64,000 nucleotides of DNA from the human T2T-CHM13v2.0 reference genome, Homo sapiens. Positions 49,601 to 61,200 of the stretch are shown piece by piece. The number at the start of each line of letters is the position of its first letter. The stretch's first letter is position 1. Made by a program: the position numbers and the translations under genes. The DNA is taken from NCBI RefSeq assembly GCF_009914755.1, contig NC_060926.1. The stretch is one strand, 5' to 3'. The notes under the pieces are model-generated. The model had not been told where the DNA came from. It was given only the letters and a program-made list of their open reading frames with translations, and ran no database searches.

Positions 49601-52600
49601 CGGTGAAAAAGGAAATATCTTCCAATAAAAGCTACATAGAAGCAATGTCAGAAACTTTTTCATGATGTATCTACTCAGCTAACAGAGTTGAACCTTTCCT
49701 TTGAGAGAGCAGTTTTGAAACACTCTTTTTGTGGAATCTGCAAGTGGATATTTGTCTAGCTTTGAGGATTTCGTTGGAAACGGGATTACATATAAAAAGC
49801 AGACAGCAGCATTCCCAGTAACTTCTTTGTGATGTTTGCATTCAAGTCAGAGAGTTGAACATTCCCTTTCATAGAGCAGGTTTGAAACACTCTTTTTGTA
49901 GTATCTGGATGTGGACATTTGGAGCGCTTTCAGGCCTATGGTGAAAAAGGAAATATCTTCCCCTGAAAACTAGACAGAAGCATTCTCAGAAACTTATTTG
50001 TGATGTGCGCCCTCAACTAACAGTGTTGAACCTTTCTTTTGATAGAGCAGTTTTGAAACACTCTTTTTGTAAAATCTGCAAGAGGATATTTGGATAGCTT
50101 TGAGGATTTCGTTGGAAACGGGATTGTCTTCATATAAACTCTAGACAGAAGCATTCTCAGAAGCTTCATTGGGAGGTTTCAATTGAAGTCACAGTGTTGA
50201 ACAGTCCCTTTCATAGAGCAGGTTTGAAACACTCTTTTTGTAGTATCTGGAAGTGGACATTTGGAGCGCTCTCAGGACTACGGTGATAAAGGAAATATCT
50301 TCCAATAAAAGCTAGATAGAAGCAATGTCAGAAACTTTTTCATGATGTATCTACTCAGCTAACAGAGTTGAACCTTTCCTTTGAGAGAGCAGTTTTGAAA
50401 CACTCTTTTTGTGGAATCTGCAAGTGGATATTTGTCTAGCTTTGAGGATTTCGTTGGAAACGGGTTTACATATAAAAAGCAGACAGCAGCATTCCCAGAA
50501 TCTTCTTTGTGATGTTTGCATTCAAGTCACAGAGTTGAACATTCCCTTTCATTGAGCAGGTTTGAAACACTCTTTTTGTAGTATCTGGATGTGGACATTT
50601 GGAGCGCTTTCAGGCCTATGGTGAAAAAGGAAATATCTTCCCCTGAAAACTAGACAGAAGCATTCTCAGAATCTTATTTGTGATGTGCGCCCTCAACTAA
50701 CAGTGTTGAAGCTTTCTTTTGATAGAGCAGTTTTGAAACACTCTTTTTGTAAAATCTGCAAGAGGATATTTGGATAGCTTTGAGGATTTCGTTGGAAACG
50801 GGATTGTCTTCATATAAACTCTAGACAGAAGCATTCTCAGAAGCGTCATTGGGATGTTTCAATTGAAGTCACAGTGTTGAACAGTCCCTTTCATAGAGCA
50901 GGTTTGAAACACTCTTTTTGTAGTATCTGGATGTGGACATTTGGAGCGCTTTCAGGCCTATGGTTTAAAAGGAAATATCTTCCCCTGAAAACTAGACAGA
51001 AGCATTCTCAGAAACTTATTTGTGATGTGCGCCCTCAACTAACAGTGTTGAAGCATTCTTTTGATAGAGCAGTTTTGAAACACTCTTTTTGTGGAATCTG
51101 CAAGTGGATATTTGTCTAGCTTTGAGGATTTCGTTGGAAACGGGATTACATATAAAAAGCAGACAGCAGCATTCCCAGAAACTTCTTTGTGATGTTTGCA
51201 TTCAAGTCACAGAGTTGAACATTCCCTTTCATAGAGCAGGTTTGAAACACTCTTTTTGTAGTATCTGGATGTGGACATTTGGAGCGCTTTCAGGCCTATG
51301 GTGAAAAAGGAAATATCTTCCCCTGAAAACTAGACAGAAGCATTCTCAGAAACTTATTTGTGATGTGCGCCCTCAACTAACAGTGTTGAAGCTTTCTTTT
51401 GATAGAGCAGTTTTGAAACACTCTTTTTGTAATATCTGCAAGAGGATATTTGGATAGCTTTGAGGATTTCGTTGGAAACGGGATTGTCTTCATATAAACT
51501 CTAGACAGAAGCATTCTCAGAAGCTTCATTGGGATGTTTCAATTGAAGTCACAGTGTTGAACAGTCCCTTTCATAGAGCAGGTTTGAAACACTCTTTTTG
51601 TAGTATCTGGATGTGGACATTTGGAGCGCTTTCAGGCCTATGGTTTAAAAGGAAATATCTTCCCCTGAAAACTAGACAGAAGCATTCTCAGAAACTTATT
51701 TGTGATGTGCGCCCTCAACTAACAGTGTTGAAGCATTCTTTTGATAGAGCAGTTTTGAAACACTCTTTTTGTGGAATCTGCAAGTGGATATTTGTCTAGC
51801 TTTGAGGATTTCGTTGGAAACGGGATTACATATAAAAAGCAGACAGCAGCATTCCCAGGAACATCTTTGTGATGTTTGCATTCAAGTCACAGAGTTGAAC
51901 ATTCCCTTTCATAGAGCAGGTTTGAAACACTCTTTTTGTAGTATCTGGATGTGGACATTTGGAGCGCTTTCAGGCCTATGGTGAAAAAGGAAATATCTTC
52001 CCCTGAAAACTAGACAGAAGCATTCTCAGAAACTTATTTGTGATGTGCGCCCTCAACTAACAGTGTTGAACCTTTCTTTTGATAGAGCAGTTTTGAAACA
52101 CTCTTTTTGTAATATCTGCAAGAGGATATTTGGATAGCTTTGAGGATTTCGTTGGAAACGGGATTGTCTTCATATAAACTCTAGACAGAAGCATTCTCAG
52201 AAGCTTCATTGGGATGTTTCAATTGAAGTCACAGTGTTGAACAGTCCCTTTCATAGAGCAGGTTTGAAACACTCTTTTTGTAGTATCTGGAAGTGGACAT
52301 TTGGAGAGATCTCAGGAATACGGTGATAAAGGAAATATCTTCCAATAAAAGCTAGATAGAAGCAATGTCAGAAACTTTTTCATGATGTATCTACTCAGCT
52401 AACAGAGTTGAACCTTTCTTTTGAGAGAGCAGTTTTGAAACACTCTTTTTGTGGAATCTGCAAGTGGATATTTGTCTAGCTTTGAGGATTTCGTTGGAAA
52501 CGGGATTACATATAAAAAGCAGACAGCAGCATTCCCAGAAACTTCTTTGTGATGTTTGCATTCAAGTCACAGAGTTGAACATTCCCTTTCATAGAGCAGG

Positions 52601-55200
52601 TTTGAAACACTCTTTTTGTAGTATCTGGATGTGGACATTTGGAGCGCTTTCAGGCCTATGGTGAAAAAGGAAATATCTTCCCCTGAGAACTAGACAGAAG
52701 CATTCTCAGAAACTTATTTGTGATGTGCGCCCTCAACTAACAGTGTTGAACCTTTCTTTTGATAGAGCAGTTTTGAAACACTCTTTTTGTAATATCTGCA
52801 AGAGGATATTTGGATAGCTTTGAGGATTTCGTTGGAAACGGGATTGTCTTCATATAAACTCTAGACAGAAGCATTCTCAGAAGCTTCATTGGGATGTTTC
52901 AATTGAAGTCACAGTGTTGAACAGTCCCTTTCATAGAGCAGGTTTGAAACACTCTTTTTGTAGTATCTGGATGTGGACATTTGGAGCGCTTTCAGGCCTA
53001 TGGTTTAAAAGGAAATATCTTCCCCTGAAAACTAGACAGAAGCATTCTCAGAAACTTATTTGTGATGTGCGCCCTCAACTAACAGTGTTGAAGCATTCCT
53101 TTGATAGAGCAGTTTTGAAACACTCTTTTTGTGGAATCTGCAAGTGGATATTTGTCTATCTTTGAGGATTTCGTTGGAAACGGGATTACATATAAAAAGC
53201 AGACAGCAGCATTCCCAGAAACTTCTTAGTGATGTTTGCATTCAAGTCACAGAGTTGAACATTCCCTTTCATAGAGCAGGTTTGAAACACTCTTTTTGTA
53301 GTATCTGGATGTGGACATTTGGAGCGCTTTCAGGCCTATGGTGAAAAAGGAAATATCTTCCCCTGAAAACTAGACAGAAGCATTCTCAGAAACTTATTTG
53401 TGATGTGCGCCCTCAACTAACAGTGTTGAACCTTTCTTTTGATAGAGCAGTTTTGAAACACTCTTTTTGTAATATCTGCAAGAGGATATTTGGATAGCTT
53501 TGAGGATTTCGTTGGAAACGGGATTGTCTTCATATAAACTCTAGACAGAAGCATTCTCAGAAGCTTCATTGGGATGTTTCAATTGAAGTCACAGTGTTGA
53601 ACAGTTCCTTTCATAGAACAGGTTTGAAACACTCTTTTTGTAGTATCTGGAAGTGGACATTTGGAGCGCTCTCAGGACTATGGTGAAAAAGGAAATATCT
53701 TCCAATAAAAGCTACATAGAAGCAATGTCAGAAACTTTTTCATGATGTATCTACTCAGCTAACAGAGTTGAACCTTTCCTTTGAGAGAGCAGTTTTGAAA
53801 CACTCTTTTTGTGGAATCTGCAAGTGGATATTTGCTTAGCTTTGAGGATTTCGTTGGAAACGGGATTACATATAAAAAGCAGACAGCAGCATTCCCAGAA
53901 ACTTCTTTGTGATGTTTGCATTCAAGTCACAGAGTTGAACATTCCCTTTCATAGAGCAGGTTTGAAACACTCTTTTTGTAGTATCTGGATGTGGACATTT
54001 GGAGCGCTTTCAGGCCTATGGTGAAAAAGGAAATATCTTCCCCTGAAAACTAGACAGAAGCATTCTCAGAAACTTATTTGTGATGTGCGCCCTCAACTAA
54101 CAGTGTTGAAGCTTTCTTTTGATAGAGCAGTTTTGAAACACTCTTTTTGTAATATCTGCAAGAGGATATTTGGATAGCTTTGAGGATTTCGTTGGAAACG
54201 GGATTGTCTTCATATAAACTCTAGACAGAAGCATTCTCAGAAGCTTCATTGGGATGTTTCAATTGAAGTCACAGTGTTGAACAGTCCCTTTCATAGAGCA
54301 GGTTTGAAACACTCTTTTTGTAGTATCTGGATGTGGACATTTGGAGCGCTTTCAGGCCTATGGTTTAAAAGGAAATATCTTCCCCTGAAAACTAGACAGA
54401 AGCATTCTCAGAAACTTATTTGTGATGTGTGCCCTCAACTAACAGTGTTGAAGCATTCTTTTGATAGAGCAGTTTTGAAACACTCTTTTTGTGGAATCTG
54501 CAAGTGGATATTTGTCTAGCTTTGAGGATTTCGTTGGAAACGGGATTACATATAAAAAGCAGACAGCAGCATTCCCAGAAACTTCTTTGTGATGTTTGCA
54601 TTCAAGTCACAGAGTTGAACATTCCCTTTCATAGAGCAGGTTTGAAACACTCTTTTTGTAGTATCTGGATGTGGACATTTGGAGCGCTTTAAGGCCTATG
54701 GTGAAAAAGGAAATATCTTCCCCTGAAAACTAGACAGAAGCATTCTCAGAAACTTATTTGTGATGTGCGCCCTCAAGTAACAGTGTTGAACCTTTCTTTT
54801 GATAGAGCAGTTTTGAAACACTCTTTTTGTAATATCTGCAAGAGGATATTTGGATAGCTTTGAGGATTTCGTTGGAAACGGGATTGTCTTCATATAAAAT
54901 CTAGACAGAAGCATTCTCAGAAGCTTCATTGGGATGTTTCAATTGAAGTCACAGTGTTGAACAGTCCCTTTCATAGAGCAGGTTTGAAACACTCTTTTTG
55001 TAGTATCTGGAAGTGGACATTTGGAGAGATCTCAGCAATACGGTGATAAAGGAAATATCTTCCAATAAAAGCTAGATAGAAGCAATGTCAGAAACTTTTT
55101 CATGATGTATCTACTCAGCTAACAGAGTTGAACCTTTCTTTTGAGAGAGCAGTTTTGAAACACTCTTTTTGTGGAATCTGCAAGTGGATATTTGTCTAGC
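37700..55200 (+). repeat. Imperfect ~9-kb tandem duplication within the array (offsets 8839, 9177, 8497)
   Basis: Rare variants recur in the same order: 38211/47050, 38553/47392, 40337/49514, ORF markers 42592/51769, 43737/52914 and 45777/54274. Confidence 0.85.
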
Positions 55201-58200
55201 TTTGAGGATTTCGTTGGAAACGGGATTACATATAAAAAGCAGACAGCAGCATTCCCAGAAACTTCTTTGTGATGTTTGCATTCAAGTCACAGATTTGAAC
55301 ATTCCCTTTCATAGAGCAGGTTTGAAACACACTTTTTGTAGTATCTGTATGTGGACATTTGGAGCGCTTTCAGGCCTATGGTGAAAAAGGAAATATCTTC
55401 CCCTGAAAACTAGACAGAAGCATTCTCAGAAACCTATTTGTGATGGGCGCCCTCAACTAACAGTGTTTAACCTTTCTTTTGATAGAGCAGTTTTGAAACA
55501 CTCTTTTTGTAATATCTGCAAGAGGATATTTGGATAGCTTTGAGGATTTCGTTGGAAACGGGATTGTCTTCATATAAACTCTAGACAGAAGCATTCTCAG
55601 AAGCTTCATTGGGATGTTTCAATTGAAGTCACACTGTTGAACAGTTCCTTTCATAGAACAGGTTTGAAACACTCTTTTTGTAGTATCTGGAAGTGGACAT
55701 TTGGAGCGCTCTCAGGACTACGGTGAAAAAGGAAATATCTTCCAATAAAAGCTACATAGAAGCAATGTCAGAAACTTTTTCATGATGTATCTACTCAGCT
55801 AACAGAGTTGAACCTTTCCTTTGAGAGAGCAGTTTTGAAACACTCTTTTTGTGGAATCTGCAAGTGGATATTTGTCTAGCTTTGAGGATTTCGTTGGAAA
55901 CGGGATTACATATAAAAAGCAGACAGCAGCATTCCCAGTAACTTCTTTATGATGTTTGCATTCAAGTCAGAGAGTTGAACATTCCCTTTCATAGAGCAGG
56001 TTTGAAACACTCTTTTTGAAGTATCTGGATGTGGACATTTGGAGCGCTTTCAGGCCTATGGTGAAAAAGGAAATATCTTCCCCTGAAAACTAGACAGAAG
56101 CATTCTCAGAAACTTATTTGTGATGTGCGCCCTCAACTAACAGTGTTGAACCTTTCTTTTGATAGAGCAGTTTTGAAACACTCTTTTTGTAAAATCTGCA
56201 AGAGGATATTTGGATAGCTTTGAGGATTTCGTTGGAAACGGGATTGTCTTCATATAAACTCTAGACAGAAGCATTCTCAGAAGCTTCATTGGGAGGTTTC
56301 AATTGAAGTCACAGTGTTGAACAGTCCCTTTCATAGAGCAGGTTTGAAACACTCTTTTTGTAGTATCTGGAAGTGGACATTTGGAGCGCTCTCAGGACTA
56401 CGGTGATAAAGGAAATATCTTCCAATAAAAGCTAGATAGAAGCAATGTCAGAAACTTTTTCATGATGTATCTACTCAGCTAACAGAGTTGAACCTTTCTT
56501 TTGAGAGAGCAGTTTTGAAACACTCTTTTTGGGGAATCTGCAAGTGGATATTTGTCTAGCTTTGAGGATTTCGTTGGAAACGGGTTTACATATAAAAAGC
56601 AGACAGCAGCATTCCCAGAATCTTCTTTGTGATGTTTGCATTCAAGTCACAGAGTTGAACATTCCCTTTCATAGAGCAGGTTTGAAACACTCTTTTTGTA
56701 GTATCTGGATGTGGACATTTGGAGCGCTTTCAGGCCTATGGTGAAAAAGGAAATATCTTCCCCTGAAAACTAGACAGAAGCATTCTCAGAATCTTATTTG
56801 TGATGTGCGCCCTCAACTAACAGTGTTGAAGCTTTCTTTTGATAGAGCAGTTTTGAAACACTCTTTTTGTAAAATCTGCAAGAGGATATTTGGATAGCTT
56901 TGAGGATTTCGTTGGAAACGGGATTGTCTTCATATAAACTCTAGACAGAAGCATTCTCAGAAGCGTCATTGGGATGTTTCAATTGAAGTCACAGTGTTGA
57001 ACAGTCCCTTTCATAGAGCAGGTTTGAAACACTCTTTTTGTAGTATCTGGATGTGGACATTTGGAGCGCTTTCAGGCCTATGGTTTAAAAGGAAATATCT
57101 TCCCCTGAAAACTAGACAGAAGCATTCTCAGAAACTTATTTGTGATGTGCGCCCTCAACTAACAGTGTTGAAGCATTCTTTTGATAGAGCAGTTTTGAAA
57201 CACTCTTTTTGTGGAATCTGCAAGTGGATATTTGTCTAGCTTTGAGGATTTCGTTGTTAACGGGATTACATATAAAAAGCAGACAGCAGCATTCCCAGAA
57301 ACTTCTTTGTGATGTTTGCATTCAAGTCACAGAGTTGAACATTCCCTTTCATAGAGCAGGTTTGAAACACTCTTTTTGTAGTATCTGTATGTGGACATTT
57401 GGAGCGCTTTCAGGCCTATGGTGAAAAAGGAAATATCTTCCCCTGAAAACTAGACAGAAGCATTCTCAGAATCTTATTTGTGATTTGCGCCCTCAACTAA
57501 CAGTGTTGAAGCTTTCTTTTGATAGAGCAGTTTTGAAACACTCTTTTTGTAAAATCTGCAAGAGGATATTTGGATAGCTTTGAGGATTTCGTTGGAAACG
57601 GGATTGTCTTCATATAAACTCTAGACAGAAGCATTCTCAGAAGCTTCATTGGGATGTTTCAATTGAAGTCACAGTGTTGAACAGTCCCTTTCATAGAGCA
57701 GGTTTGAAACACTCTTTTTGTAGTATCTGGAAGTGGACATTTGGAGCGCTCTCAGGACTATGGTGAAAAAGGAAATATCTTCCAATAAAAGCTACATAGA
57801 AGCAATGTCAGAAACTTTTTCATGATGTATCTACTCAGCTAACAGAGTTGAACCTTTCCTTTGAGAGAGCAGTTTTGAAACACTCTTTTTGTGGAATCTG
57901 CAAGTGGATATTTGCTTAGCTTTGAGGATTTCGTTGGAAACGGGATTACATATAAAAAGCAGACAGCAGCATTCCCAGTAACTTCTTTGTGATGTTTGCA
58001 TTCAAGTCACAGAGTTGAACATGCCCTTTCATAGAGCAGGTTTGAAACACTCTTTTTGTAGTATCTGGATGTGGACATTTGGAGCGCTTTCAGGCCTATG
58101 GTGAAAAAGGAAATATCTTCCCCTGAAAACTAGACAGAAGCATTCTCAGAATCTTATTTGTGATGTGCGCCCTCAACTAACAGTGTTGAAGCTTTCTTTT

Positions 58201-61200
58201 GATAGAGCAGTTTTGAAACACTCTTTTTGTAAAATCTGCAAGAGGATATTTGGATAGCTTTGAGGATTTCGTTGGAAACGGGATTGTCTTCATATAAACT
58301 CTAGACAGAAGCATTCTCAGAAGCTTCATTGGGATGTTTCAATTGAAGTCACAGTGTTGAACAGTCCCTTTCATAGAGCAGGTTTGAAACACTCTTTTTG
58401 TAGTATCTGGATGTGGACATTTGGAGCGCTTTCAGGCCTATGGTTTAAAAGGAAATATCTTCCCCTGAAAACTAGACAGAAGCATTCTCAGAAACTTATT
58501 TGTGATGTGCGCCCTCAACTAACAGTGTTGAAGCATTCTTTTGATAGAGCAGTTTTGAAACACTCTTTTTGTGGAATCTGCAAGTGGATATTTGTCTAGC
58601 TTTGAGGATTTCGTTGGAAACGGGATTACATATAAAAAGCAGACAGCAGCATTCCCAGAAACTTCTTTGTGATGTTTGCATTCAAGTCACAGAGTTGAAC
58701 ATTCCCTTTCATAGAGCAGGTTTGAAACACTCTTTTTGTAGTATCTGGATGTGGACATTTGGAGCGCTTTCAGGCCTATGGTGAAAAAGGAAATATCTTC
58801 CCCTGAAAACTAGACAGAAGCATTCTCAGAAACTTATTTGTGATGTGCGCCCTCAACTAACAGTGTTGAAGCTTTCTTTTGATAGAGCAGTTTTGAAACA
58901 CTCTTTTTGTAATATCTGCAAGAGGATATTTGGATAGCTTTGAGGATTTCGTTGGAAACGGGATTGTCTTCATATAAACTCTAGACAGAAGCATTCTCAG
59001 AAGCTTCATTGGGATGTTTCAATTGAAGTCACAGTGTTGAACAGTCCCTTTCATAGAGCAGGTTTGAAACACTCTTTTTGTAGTATCTGGATGTGGACAT
59101 TTGGAGCGCTTTCAGGCCTATGGTTTAAAAGGAAATATCTTCCCCTGAAAACTAGACAGAAGCATTCTCAGAAACTTATTTGTGATGTGCGCCCTCAACT
59201 AACAGTGTTGAAGCATTCTTTTGATAGAGCAGTTTTGAAACACTCTTTTTGTGGAATCTGCAAGTGGATATTTGTCTAGCTTTGAGGATTTCGTTGGAAA
59301 CGGGATTACATATAAAAAGCAGACAGCAGCATTCCCAGAAACTTCTTTGTGATGTTTGCATTCAAGTCACAGAGTTGAACATTCCCTTTCATAGAGCAGG
59401 TTTGAAACACTCTTTTTGTAGTATCTGGATGTGGACATTTGGAGCGCTTTCAGGCCTATGGTGAAAAAGGAAATATCTTCCCCTGAAAACTAGACAGAAG
59501 CATTCTCAGAAACTTATTTGTGATGTGCGCCCTCAAGTAACAGTGTTGAACCTTTCTTTTGATAGAGCAGTTTTGAAACACTCTTTTTGTAATATCTGCA
59601 AGAGGATATTTGGATAGCTTTGAGGATTTCGTTGGAAACGGGATTGTCTTCATATAAAATCTAGACAGAAGCATTCTCAGAAGCTTCATTGGGATGTTTC
59701 AATTGAAGTCACAGTGTTGAACAGTCCCTTTCATAGAGCAGGTTTGAAACACTCTTTTTGTAGTATCTGGAAGTGGACATTTGGAGAGATCTCAGCAATA
59801 CGGTGATAAAGGAAATATCTTCCAATAAAAGCTAGATAGAAGCAATGTCAGAAACTTTTTCATGATGTATCTACTCAGCTAACAGAGTTGAACCTTTCTT
59901 TTGAGAGAGCAGTTTTGAAACACTCTTTTTGTGGAATCTGCAAGTGGATATTTGTCTAGCTTTGAGGATTTCGTTGGAAACGGGATTACATATAAAAAGC
60001 AGACAGCAGCATTCCCAGAAACTTCTTTGTGATGTTTGCATTCAAGTCACAGATTTGAACATTCCCTTTCATAGAGCAGGTTTGAAACACACTTTTTGTA
60101 GTATCTGTATGTGGACATTTGGAGCGCTTTCAGGCCTATGGTGAAAAAGGAAATATCTTCCCCTGAAAACTAGACAGAAGCATTCTCAGAAACCTATTTG
60201 TGATGTGCGCCCTCAGCTAACAGTGTTTAACCTTTCTTTTGATAGAGCAGTTTTGAAACACTCTTTTTGTAATATCTGCAAGAGGATATTTGGATAGCTT
60301 TGAGGATTTCGTTGGAAACGGGATTGTCTTCATATAAACTCTAGACAGAAGCATTCTCAGAAGCTTCATTGGGATGTTTCAATTGAAGTCACACTGTTGA
60401 ACAGTTCCTTTCATAGAGCAGGTTTGAAACACTCTTTTTGTAGTATCTGGAAGTGGACATTTGGAGCGCTCTCAGGACTACGGTGAAAAAGGAAATATCT
60501 TCCAATAAAAGCTACATAGAAGCAATGTCAGAAACTTTTTCATGATGTATCTACTCAGCTAACAGAGTTGAACCTTTCCTTTGAGAGAGCAGTTTTGAAA
60601 CACTCTTTTTGTGGAATCTGCAAGTGGATATTTGTCTAGCTTTGAGGATTTCGTTGGAAACGGGATTACATATAAAAAGCAGACAGCAGCATTCCCAGTA
60701 ACTTCTTTGTGATGTTTGCATTCAAGTCACAGAGTTGAACATTCCCTTTCATAGAGCAGGTTTGAAACACTCTTTTTGAAGTATCTGGATGTGGACATTT
60801 GGAGCGCTTTCAGGCCTATGGTGAAAAAGGAAATATCTTCCCCTGAAAACTAGACAGAAGCATTCTCAGAAACTTATTTGTGATGTGCGCCCTCAACTAA
60901 CAGTGTTGAACCTTTCTTTTGATAGAGCAGTTTTGAAACACTCTTTTTGTAAAATCTGCAAGAGGATATTTGGATAGCTTTGAGGATTTCGTTGGAAACG
61001 GGATTGTCTTCATATAAACTCTAGACAGAAGCATTCTCAGAAGCTTCATTGGGAGGTTTCAATTGAAGTCACAGTGTTGAACAGTCCCTTTCATAGAGCA
61101 GGTTTGAAACACTCTTTTTGTAGTATCTGGAAGTGGACATTTGGAGCGCTCTCAGGACTACGGTGATAAAGGAAATATCTTCCAATAAAAGCTAGATAGA

